DNA of 64,000 nucleotides from an uncultured delta proteobacterium. GTDB lineage: Bacteria; Desulfobacterota; Binatia; JACPRU01. The notes beneath the pieces are model-generated. The model saw only the letters and a program-made list of their open reading frames with translations, was not told the origin of the DNA and made no database searches. Both the position numbers and the translations under genes were made by a program. Within the stretch, counting starts at the first letter, position 1; each line of letters opens with the position of its first letter. This document shows positions 29,415 through 39,538 of the stretch, in pieces. The stretch covers positions 192,001-256,000 of the forward strand of contig CAVUWD010000014.1 of the NCBI GenBank assembly GCA_963745025.1, written 5' to 3'.

Positions 29415-30224
29415 ATGAGCGTCAAACTCGTCGTCTGCGGCGCGGCCGGCCGCATGGGGCGGCTGATCGTCGGCCTGATTCGCGACACCGAAGGCGCAAC
29501 GCTCGTCGGCGCGGTCGAGGCGGACGGGCACACGGCCCTCGGGCGCGACGCCGGAGAGCTGGCCGGGGGCGGCCCGCTCGGCGTCACGCTCACCGCCGAC
29601 TATGCTTCGGTCGCCAAGCCCGACACCGTGACCTTGGATTTCACGATCGCGCCGGCGGCCCTCGCGCATCTGCGGACCGCGTCCGAAACGGGTGCCGCGA
29701 TCGTCGTCGGCACGACCGGCTTCTCGGGCGAAGAGAGTCGCGAGGCACAGGCGCTCGCTACGAAGACGCGGACGATCATCGCCGCCAACATGAGCGTCGG
29801 CGTGAACGTTCTCCTGAAGCTCGTCGCCGACGCGGCTCACCTGCTCGGCCCCGGCTTCGATGGCGAGATCTCGGAGCTCCACCATCGCATGAAGGTCGAC
29901 GCACCGAGCGGCACGGCGATCGCGCTCGCGCGCGCCGTGGCGAACGCGACCGGCCGCGAGCTCGAGCGCTCGCAGGTCTCCGCGCGCCAAGGGATGACGG
30001 GCAAGCGGCGAGATGACGAAATCGGCGTGATGGCGCTCCGTGGTGGCGACGTCGTCGGCGATCACACCGTGTATTTCCTCGGCCAGGGCGAGCGGCTCGA
30101 GCTCACCCATCGCGCGCAGAGCCGCGAGTGCCTGGCGCGCGGCGCGGTTCGCGCCGGCCTCTGGCTCGGAGAGCAGAGGAAGCCCGGGCTCTATACGATG
30201 GCCGACGTGCTCGGAACGGGATGA
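29415..30224 (+). CDS. dapB: 4-hydroxy-tetrahydrodipicolinate reductase
   Basis: GAAGRMG, GTTG, ELHHRMKVDAPSGTA, RGGDVVGDH. Confidence 0.96.
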   Translation: MSVKLVVCGAAGRMGRLIVGLIRDTEGATLVGAVEADGHTALGRDAGELAGGGPLGVTLTADYASVAKPDTVTLDFTIAPAALAHLRTASETGAAIVVGTTGFSGEESREAQALATKTRTIIAANMSVGVNVLLKLVADAAHLLGPGFDGEISELHHRMKVDAPSGTAIALARAVANATGRELERSQVSARQGMTGKRRDDEIGVMALRGGDVVGDHTVYFLGQGERLELTHRAQSRECLARGAVRAGLWLGEQRKPGLYTMADVLGTG

Positions 30225-30306
30225 ACGGACTTCCGACTTCAGGCTTCCGAAAAACAGTCCTCGAGGTCTCTGCCGAAGCTGAGCTCAGAAGCCGGAAACC
30301 CGTTTT

Positions 30307-31065
30307 ATGAAGCTCGGCCTCTGCATCCGCAACATGGGCCCGCAGTCCACGCGGGCGACTCTTCTCGAGTGCGCACGGCTCGCCGAACAGGCGGCGATCG
30401 ATCACCTCTGGGTCGCCGACCACGTGGCGATTCCGCCCGACCAGGCGGAGGGATCCGGTGGGCGCTATCTCGACCCGCTGGCCACTCTCGCCTTCCTCGC
30501 TGCGGCGACGGAGAAGATCGGTCTCGGCACCGGCGTCCTCGTCGTCCCCTACCGCCCCCCCCTCGCGACGGCCAAATGGATCGCGACGATCCAGGAGCTC
30601 TCGGGTGGACGGTTCCACTGCGGGGTCGGCGCGGGATGGATGGAGCCCGAGTTCCGCGTCGTCGGTGTCGCGCGGGAACGGCGCGGAGCGATCACGGATC
30701 ATACGCTGGAATTCCTTCATCGCTGCTTTGCCGCCAACGAAGTCGAGGAAGCCGGTGTGCGCTTCCTGTTCTTGCCGCGGCCGAAGCGCCCGCCCATCTA
30801 TGTCGGCGGTTCGGGTCGGCCGGCGATGCTGAGAGCGGCGCGGTTCGGCGACGGCTGGATGCCGAGCGGGGGCGACCCGCAGAAGCTCGGGGTCGCGATC
30901 ACCGAGCTTCGCGCGCTCTTTGCAGCCGCCGGCAAGCCCGCTCCCGAAGTGATCGCGCTCACCTCGCTACCGCTCGACGAGCCGGACAAGGCGACCGAGA
31001 GAGCACGCTCGCTCGCGGCCGTCGGCGTGACCGCGGTCGTGCATGCGTGCTCGCTACTCCGATAG
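30307..31065 (+). CDS. LLM-class (F420/flavin) oxidoreductase, Rv2161c-like; 3' end possibly frameshifted
   Basis: LWVADHV, LDPLATLAFLAAAT, GVGAGWMEPEF, GDGWMP. Confidence 0.85.
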   Translation: MKLGLCIRNMGPQSTRATLLECARLAEQAAIDHLWVADHVAIPPDQAEGSGGRYLDPLATLAFLAAATEKIGLGTGVLVVPYRPPLATAKWIATIQELSGGRFHCGVGAGWMEPEFRVVGVARERRGAITDHTLEFLHRCFAANEVEEAGVRFLFLPRPKRPPIYVGGSGRPAMLRAARFGDGWMPSGGDPQKLGVAITELRALFAAAGKPAPEVIALTSLPLDEPDKATERARSLAAVGVTAVVHACSLLR

Positions 31066-31128
31066 CGCTGCGTTCGGCCGGAACGCAGACGTGCTGGCGG
31101 AGCGAATTCGCCCGGCTCTGGAGGGGAC

Positions 31129-32523
31129 GTGAGCCAAGTGCCGCGGTTCGGTACGTCGGCGGCGCCCCGCCTCACGGTCTCCACGAATTGCCCGAACTGC
31201 GGCGCCGCGATCGACTTCGGCGAAGGGACCAATGCGCTCGAGTGCGACCACTGCCGCTCCCGCCTGCTCGTCACCGGGCACGGGCGGGTGCTCTCCTATT
31301 TCGTGTCGCCGAAGCTGGATGCCCCGCTCGCCATCTCGATCGCACGATTCGCCGAGACGGAAACGGCTGGGCCGTTGCGCACGGGCGAGGCCCGTCTCGT
31401 CTTCCTTCCTTATTATCGGCTGACCGCGATCGATCTCCGCTGGCAGCGGCCCGAGCCCGAGCGTCGCGAGGAGCCTCCCGATCCGTCCGACTACGATCCC
31501 GACAATTTTCGCATCGCCGCGCTGATGGCTCGGCTCGCCGAGCAAGACCTCGCCGACGACATCGAGTGTCGCGATCGTGCGATCGAGCGGAATTTCCTCG
31601 CCATCGACATCCCGAGCCCCGCTCTATACTCGCTCGGCATGCGCCCGAATGCGCTGCGGCTCGAGCTCTATCGGTGCGAAGCGCTCGCCAGTCTCGGGAG
31701 CCTCGTCGGGGCGGAGATGACGGTGGACGCGGCGCTGGAGATCGGACACAAGACGGGCGAGGGACCCGACGTCGCCTGCCGGGCGGTGGTCGGCGCGGTC
31801 TTGTCGATCGTCTACTTCCCCTTCTGGTTCGTCGAAATCCGCCGCCCGCAATCGCGCTCTCTGACGATCGTCGACGGCGTCTCGCAAGCGATCGTCGAGC
31901 GGGGCTTGCGCGCGGAGCTCCTCCAGCGGCTCGGCCGCCCGGCGACCGGCTCGCCGAGCGTCGTCGGCTTCCGGCCGCTGGTCTGTCCGAACTGCGGCTG
32001 GAACCTCCCCGTCGAGCCGGAACACGTGATCTTCTATTGCGGCTCGTGCTCGCGCGCCTGGCGAATCGTCGGCGACGATCTCGTCGAGATGCCCCACCGC
32101 TTCGCCGGGCCTCGCGAAACGATCACCGAGAAGATCGCCGAGCACTTGCCGTTCTGGGCGCTTCGCGCGACGATCGGCGACGGCGACGCGCAGCCGTTTC
32201 TGATCCCCGCGTTCCGCCATCGCCGCGCGCGGTCGCTCGTCGACCTCGCAACCTCGCTCTCGCAGCTCGCGCCTCATCTCGCGTCGACGGCGGCGCCGCG
32301 CCGTGCGCGCGGCGGATACTTCGACGAGGCCGACGCTCGATCGCTGGCGCTCTTCGCCCACGCCGGCGCGGCGCCACGGAGTTTCGAGCGCGCGGAGCGC
32401 TGCCGCTGCGAATCGATCCGCGTGGAGGAGAACGAGCTCGTGTGGCTTCCGTTTCTCTCCGACTCGTATTCGCTCCGCGACCCGTTCCACGGCATGGCGA
32501 TTGCCCGCAAGCTCCTCTTGTAA
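31129..32523 (+). CDS. hypothetical protein with two Zn-ribbons
   Basis: CPNC..CDHC and CPNC..CGSC. Confidence 0.7.
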   Translation: MSQVPRFGTSAAPRLTVSTNCPNCGAAIDFGEGTNALECDHCRSRLLVTGHGRVLSYFVSPKLDAPLAISIARFAETETAGPLRTGEARLVFLPYYRLTAIDLRWQRPEPERREEPPDPSDYDPDNFRIAALMARLAEQDLADDIECRDRAIERNFLAIDIPSPALYSLGMRPNALRLELYRCEALASLGSLVGAEMTVDAALEIGHKTGEGPDVACRAVVGAVLSIVYFPFWFVEIRRPQSRSLTIVDGVSQAIVERGLRAELLQRLGRPATGSPSVVGFRPLVCPNCGWNLPVEPEHVIFYCGSCSRAWRIVGDDLVEMPHRFAGPRETITEKIAEHLPFWALRATIGDGDAQPFLIPAFRHRRARSLVDLATSLSQLAPHLASTAAPRRARGGYFDEADARSLALFAHAGAAPRSFERAERCRCESIRVEENELVWLPFLSDSYSLRDPFHGMAIARKLLL

Positions 32524-32566
32524 CGATGGTGCTCGAGCCCGGCGGCGATCGTGTCGTCGGACGAGG

Positions 32567-33169
32567 TCATCGCACACCTCGCGGGATGATCTCCCTCGTT
32601 TCGGTGACGATTCGATCGACTCGCTCGTCGTGCGCGACCCGCGGGACCTCCGCGACGATTTGCAGCTCGAAGGCGACGCCGATCGCCTCGATCGGCGCCG
32701 CGCGCCGCGCCTCGCGAAGAAACCGGTCGTAATGACCACCTCCGCGCCCGAGCCGTCCGCCGTTCTCATCGAAAGCGAGGCCGGGTACGACGACGACGCT
32801 CCGGCCCGTACGCAGGTCGGCGGGCTCCAGCGGATCGCCCGCTTCGGGCTCGAGCACGCCGAGCGTCGAGTGACGCCACTTTGTCTCGAACGCGACACGC
32901 ACGAAGCGGAGATGCGGGCCGTCGACGCGCGGCGCGAACACGCGCTGGTCCCGTCCGAGCGCCGCGGCGAGTAGCGCGTCGGTCGCGACCTCGCTCGGAA
33001 GCGAGAGATGGACGAGCAGGGCGTGAGCGGCGCGCACGGTACCGAGCGCATCGAGCCGCGCGACGATGCGCTCGCTCTTCGCCGTCCGATCCGACGCCGC
33101 CACGCTCGCGAGCCGCTCGCGCACCCGCGCGCGCAGACGAGCCTTGAGCGAGGCGGCGGCCTCGCTCAC
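32567..33169 (-). CDS. ygfA: 5-formyltetrahydrofolate cyclo-ligase
   Basis: VVPGLAFDENGGRLGRGGGHYDR, HDERVDRIVTE. Confidence 0.88.
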   Translation of the reverse strand: MSEAAASLKARLRARVRERLASVAASDRTAKSERIVARLDALGTVRAAHALLVHLSLPSEVATDALLAAALGRDQRVFAPRVDGPHLRFVRVAFETKWRHSTLGVLEPEAGDPLEPADLRTGRSVVVVPGLAFDENGGRLGRGGGHYDRFLREARRAAPIEAIGVAFELQIVAEVPRVAHDERVDRIVTETREIIPRGVR

Positions 33170-33997
33170 TGCAGCGGACGCGCGACCGTGAGCCCGATGT
33201 CGTTTTGCGAGTAGCTGACCGTCAGCTCCTTGCCGTCGGCGGCCGACGAGAGATCCGGCAGATGCTCGAGGTCGTCGACCGCGACGCCGTTCATCTTCTG
33301 GAGCACGTCCCCGCTCCGCAGCCCGAGCTTGGCGAGGAAGCTCGCGGCATCGACCTTGCCGAGCTGGAGCCCGTGTCCGCCGCCGACCGTCACGCGCTTG
33401 GCATCGGCCTTCTCGAGAAGCGACGAGAGATCCTTCAGCGCCGCACGCGCCTCGGCGCGCGACAACGGCTCGGTCGCGCGCGGTGCGTGCCGCTTCCTTG
33501 GTGGCGGCGGTCGCTTCGACGATCTCTTCGACTGGCGTCTGCGCGGGCGCGGCGGTGACCTCCTTGGCGAGCTTCAACGTCACGTCCTGACCACCCGAGC
33601 GGATGACGACCGAGTCATCGCGGACGTCCTTCACGGTGCCGTGATCGAACACGGCGTCGCCCTTGCGGAAGATCTCCTGTCGCCCCTTGAAGCCGATCAG
33701 CGCCGACGGGGTACCGCCGCCGCGCACGATGCCGATCAGCTCGAGCTCCTCCGCCGAGCTTTCCTTCGCTTCGGGCGGCGAGGTCGGCAGCGGGGACGGT
33801 GAAGGCGCTGTCGTCGCTGTCGGCGCGGGCATGGGCGTCTCCGTCGGCGGGGCCTTCGTCGGGACGGTCACCGCAGCAACGGTCGCCCCGGCCTTCGCGG
33901 TCTCCGTCTTGGAGGTTTCGCCTTCCTTCCCTCGGCAGGCGGGAATCAAGAGCAAGAGCAACAGTAACCCCGACCACAGCAGTCCGCGATCTCGCAT
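33166..33997 (-). CDS. GspC/PilP-like lipoprotein with C-terminal PDZ domain (frameshift near 33480)
   Basis: IPAC lipobox, LELIGIV..SALI; KLGLRSGDVLQKMNG in a second frame. Confidence 0.62.
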
Positions 33998-34127
33998 GGG
34001 GTAATGCTAGTGACTCGCGTGCGACGCTGTCAACGGAAGCACGACAGGGAAGCACGACGTGCCGTTCTAGGCCACGGCTACCGGCTACCGGAAAGCGATC
34101 CGGGGGTTCTTGCGCGGTAGCCGGTCC

Positions 34128-34817
34128 TCATTCCCCCGAGATCAGGTTCGCGCGGATCGACTCGACCTCGTCCTGCCGGAGCCCTAGATCCTCCAGGAAC
34201 CGCTCGATGCCGCCGGCACGGTCGATGGCTCGAAACAGCGGCTCGAGCACCTCCGGCTCCTGCACGTTCTCCTGAAAGACCTCGTTCGACAGTAAGTAGT
34301 CGGCGACGATTTCCGCCCGTGGCACGCGGAGAGTCTCGAGCAGCAGTAGAGTGGCCACGCCGGTGCGGTCACGGCCGGCGGTACAGTGATAGAGGATGGA
34401 GTAGCGCTCGGCTTCCGCGAAGAGACGAAGAAAGCGCGTCCACTCTTCGGCATGGTCTCGCACCATGGCCACGTAGAAGGCCCCTTGCGACGACGTGTCG
34501 TCCGGAAGCAAGGTGCCATTCTGAAACCAGCGATCGCCGATCGGGATGTGTTCCCAACGCGCCTCGGGGAGCAAGGCGGCGATCGGGTCACCGAGGATGT
34601 CGATCTCCTGCCGCGTCTGCAGCGTGACCACGGTCCGGAGGTCCAGGGCAGCCACTTCCGCGCGGAGCTCGTCAGCAAGCGTCCCGAGATGTCCCGAGCG
34701 AAACACGCGGCCGCGCAGCACGCGCCGGCCCTCGAGGTTCACCCAATCGCCGATCGTCCGGAAGTTCCGACCGCCCCCTCTCGAGGCGGCAACGAGGAAA
34801 TCACGCAAGCCTTCCAT
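34128..34817 (-). CDS. tyrosine-protein phosphatase (Y_phosphatase3)
   Basis: NFRTIG, VFRSG, HCTAGRDRTG, DYLLSN. Confidence 0.9.
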   Translation of the reverse strand: MEGLRDFLVAASRGGGRNFRTIGDWVNLEGRRVLRGRVFRSGHLGTLADELRAEVAALDLRTVVTLQTRQEIDILGDPIAALLPEARWEHIPIGDRWFQNGTLLPDDTSSQGAFYVAMVRDHAEEWTRFLRLFAEAERYSILYHCTAGRDRTGVATLLLLETLRVPRAEIVADYLLSNEVFQENVQEPEVLEPLFRAIDRAGGIERFLEDLGLRQDEVESIRANLISGE

Positions 34818-34903
34818 CCCAAAATTGGTTGCACGTCACCCGCCAGCATTCAACTGGGTCGGAAAAGGGAGCAGGTCCCTTTCGGCGTTTTTGACAAAAC
34901 GCA

Positions 34904-35569
34904 TCACGCGGGCAGCAGGTCGCAGAACGCGAAGGTCGACTCCTCGCGAACCGCGCCCGGCGCGAACGCGACCGCGGCGGCGAACCCCGGCCCGTCGAAC
35001 ACGAACGTGTGGAACTCCCCGTTCTCGCCGCACGGATCGACCGTCGGCGGCAGGTCGTCGAGCAACGAGCGATCGAGAACCCGCCCGGCGAACGAGCGAT
35101 CGAGCGCGCGCAGGTCGACGCACACGAGCACGGCGCGAAAGCCGAGATCGACGAACTCGCGGGCGAGCGCCGCGGTGTCGCGCCGCCAGACCGGATAGAG
35201 CCCGCGCATGCCGAGACGGCCAAGGGTCATCTCGCGATAGTCGCGGATATCCTCGAGAAAGAGATCACCGAAGCCGACCGTCCGGACCCCCTGCGCACGG
35301 TATTCCTCGAGCACGCTCCGCATGCGCGCCTCGTAGACCTCGTTCGAGGGAACGGGCGGGATGCGGATCTCGCGCAGCGGCACGCCAAGCGCCTCAGCCT
35401 GTCGCGCGATCAGCTCGCGGCGCACGCAGTGCATGCCCACGCACTCCGTTCCTTCCGTGATGGTGGTGAGGAGCGCCGCCACCTCGTAGCCCCCCGAGCG
35501 CCGGATCTCGTGGAGCGCCAGCGCGCTATCCTTGCCGCCGCTCCAGGAAAGGAGGATTCGTTCCTTCAT
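34904..35569 (-). CDS. Dph6/diphthine-ammonia-ligase-like ATP pyrophosphatase
   Basis: SWSGGKDS, FGDLFLEDIR, DPCGENGEFHTF. Confidence 0.9.
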   Translation of the reverse strand: MKERILLSWSGGKDSALALHEIRRSGGYEVAALLTTITEGTECVGMHCVRRELIARQAEALGVPLREIRIPPVPSNEVYEARMRSVLEEYRAQGVRTVGFGDLFLEDIRDYREMTLGRLGMRGLYPVWRRDTAALAREFVDLGFRAVLVCVDLRALDRSFAGRVLDRSLLDDLPPTVDPCGENGEFHTFVFDGPGFAAAVAFAPGAVREESTFAFCDLLPA

Positions 35570-35687
35570 CGCGGTGGCTGATTGACGACGAATCGGGCGA
35601 TCGCTTCTGCGAGCGCCCGCGGCTCTTCGACCTGAAGAAAATGGGCGGGGCGTGGAATCTCCATCCCTTCGACCCGCGGCAGCCACT

Positions 35688-35930
35688 TCAGAAACATGGC
35701 GTGGCTCTCGCGGAAGGGCGGATCGCTCCTCTCGCCGACGAACGAGAGCGCGGGGGCTTTACGCGCGGCGCGTCGGCCGCGCTGAAGAGGCCCTTCTCGA
35801 GCTCGGGGAATACCGTGCCGAAGAGCGTGTCCGCGTCGTGCGACGCGTCGACGACCGACGCGCCACGGATCAGCAGCATCGGCTCGCCGCCCCCCTGTGC
35901 TTCGTACTCGAGCTTCACGGCATTGACGGT
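35688..35930 (-). pseudogene. internally deleted alpha/beta-hydrolase remnant
   Basis: VNAVKLEYEAQGGGEPMLLIRG joined directly to DADTLFG; no catalytic core. Confidence 0.35.
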
Positions 35931-37309
35931 TTCCGTCGCGTCATTTCCTCCTCGAACAATACTCCCCACACCGCGTCTAGCGAATCGACGCCGAGGAGCT
36001 CGCAGCCGTCGGCGGAGCCGATTCGGCGCTCGCTCGCCGCTGGCAAGATGCAGCGGCGAAAGCCCATCTTCTGCGCCTCGCGCACGCGGAGCTCTGCCTG
36101 ATGGATCGCGCGCACCTCGCCGGCGAGGCCGACCTCGCCGATCACCAGTGTCGTCGGGTCGATCGGACGATCGAGAAAGCTCGACGCCACCGCGATGATC
36201 GCACCCAGGTCCGCGGCCGGCTCGTCGATCGAGAAGCCGCCGGCGACGTTCAGGAAGATGTCCTGGCCGGTCAAGTGAAGGCCGACCTTCTTCTCCAGCA
36301 CCGCGACGAGCAGCGCGAGCCGGTTCGAGTCGATGCCGAGCGTCGTCCGGCGCGGGGTGCCGAACGCGCTCGGCGTGACCAGCGCCTGGAGCTCGACGAG
36401 AATCGGCCGCGTTCCCTCCATCGCCGCGATGACCACCGACCCGGCGACGCCCACCGGACGCTCGGAGAGAAACAACTCTGAGGGATTGACGACGGGAGCG
36501 AGCCCGCTGTCCTTCATCTCGAAGACGCCGATCTCGTTCGTCGAGCCGAAGCGGTTCTTGACCGCGCGGAGCACGCGAAACGCGTGCCCGCGGTCGCCCT
36601 CGAAGTAGAGAACCGTGTCGACCATGTGCTCGAGGACGCGCGGTCCCGCGAGGTAGCCTTCTTTGGTCACATGGCCGACGAGAAAGCATGCGGCGCCGCT
36701 CCGCTTGCTGAAGGCGACCAGGCGCGCCGCCGACTCGCGCACCTGTCCGATCGAGCCGGCCGCGGAGGCGAGATCCGCGCTGGTCACCGTCTGGATCGAG
36801 TCGACGGCAATCACCTGCGGCCGAGCGCCGTCCGCGGTCTCGAGGATGCGCTCGAGGGAGGTTTCGCAGAAGACCGACGCCGCGGACCCGCCGAGCCCGA
36901 GCCGCTCGGCGCGCATGCGGATCTGCTGCGCCGACTCCTCACCGGAGACGTAGAGCGTCTTCACGCCGGAGGCGGCGATCGCGGCGGTAGCCTGCAGCAG
37001 AAGCGTCGACTTGCCGATCCCCGGGTCACCGCCGATGAGGATCGCGGAGCCCGCGACCATTCCGCCGCCGAGCACGCGATCGAGCTCGCCGATGCCGGTG
37101 GAGCGCCGCTCCTCGCCGTCGGCGACGATCTCCGAGAGCGGCGTCGGACGCCCTTCGGATACGGCCGGCCGGCGCCCCCCCTTTGCCGGCGGAGCGACTC
37201 GCTCCTCGACGAGGCTCTCCCAGCGCCCGCAGTCGGGGCAACGGCCGAGCCACTTGGGCGTCTGATGGCCGCAGTTCTGGCAGGAGAAGAGCGTTCTTTC
37301 CCGGGCCAC
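35915..37309 (-). CDS. radA: DNA repair protein RadA/Sms
   Basis: CQNCG..WLGRCPDC, GDPGIGKSTL, KNRFG, GEVGLAGEVR. Confidence 0.97.
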   Translation of the reverse strand: MARERTLFSCQNCGHQTPKWLGRCPDCGRWESLVEERVAPPAKGGRRPAVSEGRPTPLSEIVADGEERRSTGIGELDRVLGGGMVAGSAILIGGDPGIGKSTLLLQATAAIAASGVKTLYVSGEESAQQIRMRAERLGLGGSAASVFCETSLERILETADGARPQVIAVDSIQTVTSADLASAAGSIGQVRESAARLVAFSKRSGAACFLVGHVTKEGYLAGPRVLEHMVDTVLYFEGDRGHAFRVLRAVKNRFGSTNEIGVFEMKDSGLAPVVNPSELFLSERPVGVAGSVVIAAMEGTRPILVELQALVTPSAFGTPRRTTLGIDSNRLALLVAVLEKKVGLHLTGQDIFLNVAGGFSIDEPAADLGAIIAVASSFLDRPIDPTTLVIGEVGLAGEVRAIHQAELRVREAQKMGFRRCILPAASERRIGSADGCELLGVDSLDAVWGVLFEEEMTRRKPSMP

Positions 37310-37621
37310 GGTCGCCGTGTATAGCACAATCCCATACCAGACCCCGTCGCTGAGCCACGAAGCCCTCGTCGTCGTGCTCCGTGAGATGATGAACGGGAGC
37401 TGGGTGCTCAAGGCGATCGCCGCCGCCGAGCTCGGCATGGCTGGCTGGGCTAGGTACATCGACGTTCGGCAGACCGGCAGCTGCTACCGCACGCTCTACG
37501 GGTCCAAGTATTTTCGCTCGATGGGTGAACCACCCCGCTGCCGAGCCGGATCTCGCGCAGCGACTGAACGCACGGGCGCTCGCACGCCTCACCGAGGTTT
37601 CGTGCCTCGGCGAGCCCGGGT

Positions 37622-38902
37622 TCATCGACGCAGGCGACGCGCTTTCGCGCGAACCCCTGCGCGCGGTCGGCGAACCACCGGCCTCGCGGATCGTAGCGCG
37701 CTGAGCGCAGCCGCCGCCGCTTCTTGATAAACGATCTTCAGTGGTGCACCGCTCGCGACGGCGATTCGCCTGCAGTCTTCATATTCCGGCGACACGTTGA
37801 CGTGCCCGCCCGGGTCGCGCCCGAGCTTCACGCGTACGCGTCCGAAACGGGTTTCGACCTCGCGGCTCTCGCGCTCGATGCGCAGGCGCTCGACCGGCGA
37901 GACGCGGACGCCGAGCGTCGAGGTTTCGCTGAAGAGCGTGGCGACGAGCCGTTCGCGGCGCTCGTAGTCGGCGAGGACCGAGAGCAGCGTGGCCGGCCGG
38001 TTCTTCTTCATGTGGATCGGCGTGAGAAACACGTCGCGCGCTCCTTCGGCGAAGAGCCGATCCATGACATGACCGTAGAGCTCCGGGTTGAAATCGTCGA
38101 GGTTCGTCTCGAGCACCAGCAGCGAATCGACGCCGATGGCGGTGGCGCGCTCGCCGACGAGCACGCGCAGCAGATTCGGTCGGTCGGCGAGCTCCCGTTC
38201 TCCCGCGCCATACCCGATGCGCTCGACGCGCACGCTCTCCGGCATGGTCCCCGGGCGGGCGAGCGCCGCGACGATCGCCGCCCCTGTGGGTGTGACGAGC
38301 TCTCCCTGCCCGTCGCCGATCCGGACCGAAAAGCCGCGCAGCAGCTCGGCGGTCGCGGGGCCGGGCACGGGGAGGGGACCGTGCGCGCTTCGAACCATCC
38401 CGCTGCCGAGCGGCAGCGGAGAGACCACTAGCTCCTCGATTCCGAGCGCGTCGATGCCCCATGCGGCACCGACGATGTCGACGATCGAGTCGATCGCGCC
38501 GACTTCGTGAAAGGCGACTTCGTCCGGCTCGACGCCGTGGACTTTTCCCTCGGCCTCGGCGAGACACACGAACACCTGCAGCGCGAGCTCGCAGACGCGC
38601 GGCGCGAGCGCGCTCTGGCGGATCAACTCGCGAATGTCGCGAAACGATCGATGGAAGCGCTCGCCATGCGAGTGGCCATGCGAATGCCGGTGCGGAGGAT
38701 GGTCGTCGTCGATTTCGACCACGAACTTCGTTGCCCGGATTCCGCTGCGCTCTCGCGTCTCACGCCGGACGCGATAGCCGCGGACGTCGAGCTTGGCGAG
38801 CTCGCGCTCGAGCGCGGCGACGTCGAGCCCACAATCGAGCAGGGCTCCGACCGCCATGTCGCCTGACAGACCCGAGAATGCGTCGAGGTAGGCGACCTTC
38901 AT
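37622..38902 (-). CDS. larC: nickel insertion protein LarC
   Basis: SGLSGDM, His-rich segment, AEAEGKVHG..FHEVGAIDSIVD, ETNLDD, MKKNRP, PEYED. Confidence 0.93.
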   Translation of the reverse strand: MKVAYLDAFSGLSGDMAVGALLDCGLDVAALERELAKLDVRGYRVRRETRERSGIRATKFVVEIDDDHPPHRHSHGHSHGERFHRSFRDIRELIRQSALAPRVCELALQVFVCLAEAEGKVHGVEPDEVAFHEVGAIDSIVDIVGAAWGIDALGIEELVVSPLPLGSGMVRSAHGPLPVPGPATAELLRGFSVRIGDGQGELVTPTGAAIVAALARPGTMPESVRVERIGYGAGERELADRPNLLRVLVGERATAIGVDSLLVLETNLDDFNPELYGHVMDRLFAEGARDVFLTPIHMKKNRPATLLSVLADYERRERLVATLFSETSTLGVRVSPVERLRIERESREVETRFGRVRVKLGRDPGGHVNVSPEYEDCRRIAVASGAPLKIVYQEAAAAALSALRSARPVVRRPRAGVRAKARRLRR

Positions 38903-38978
38903 GCCTGGATTCTGCTCACCTGTACCTTTACTCGCAAGGGCGCGCGATGATAACAATTGCGGTTAAACGTAGGTGCCC

Positions 38979-39341
38979 ATGAACAAGCGTGACCTCAAGT
39001 TCTTCAAGGAACTCTTGAATGAGCGCCGTGTCGAGCTGTTGCGTGAAGCCGGGCGTTCGGTCGACGGCATGTCGGACGACAAGGAGAACTTCCCGGATCC
39101 CGCCGATCGCGCCTCGCTCGAGTTCAATCGAAACTTCATGCTGCGCATCCGCGACCGAGAGCGGAAGCTGATCACCAAGATCGACGAGGCGCTCGCGCGG
39201 ATCGAGGACGTCAGCTACGGCCTCTGCGAGCAGTGCGAGGAGGAGATCGGCGTCGAGCGCTTGAAGGCGCGCCCGGTCACCACGCTCTGCATCGACTGCA
39301 AAGCCGCGCAGGAGGCTCAGGAGAAAAAGCTCGGCACCTGA
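38979..39341 (+). CDS. dksA: RNA polymerase-binding protein DksA
   Basis: PDPADRA, RDRERKL, CEQC..RLKARP..CIDC. Confidence 0.95.
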   Translation: MNKRDLKFFKELLNERRVELLREAGRSVDGMSDDKENFPDPADRASLEFNRNFMLRIRDRERKLITKIDEALARIEDVSYGLCEQCEEEIGVERLKARPVTTLCIDCKAAQEAQEKKLGT

Positions 39342-39447
39342 GCCGTCGGCCCGTGGTCGCTCCTACCACCTTGAAGCCGCCGAAAACGGCTGCTAGGAGG
39401 ATCGCTTCGGCGTTCCGGCACGCGGACCGCCCTTCGGTTCCCGATAC

Positions 39448-39520
39448 GGGGCAGTAGCTCAGCTGGGAGAGCACCACGTTCGCAACGTGGGGGTCGAGGG
39501 TTCGAATCCCTTCTGCTCCA
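39448..39520 (+). tRNA. tRNA-Ala(CGC)
   Basis: GGGGCAG/CTGCTCC acceptor stem with G3:U70; anticodon arm ccacg-ttCGCaa-cgtgg; GGTTCGAATCC; CCA not encoded. Confidence 0.96.
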
Positions 39521-39538
39521 TTAATTCCTTCAATTAAT

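Noticed and set aside
30369-32732. 787-aa Arg-rich ORF and similar long overlapping ORFs (e.g. 5356-7653 5' part, 8548-10257, 40238-42088)
   Set aside because: Shadow frames of real genes in high-GC DNA, with no motifs
33170-33200. 6S RNA upstream of ygfA
   Set aside because: The ygfA start overlaps the upstream gene's stop, leaving no intergenic space
37317-37727. ORF and hairpins between radA and larC
   Set aside because: No recognisable domain; the hairpins are weak and could not be assigned to a family
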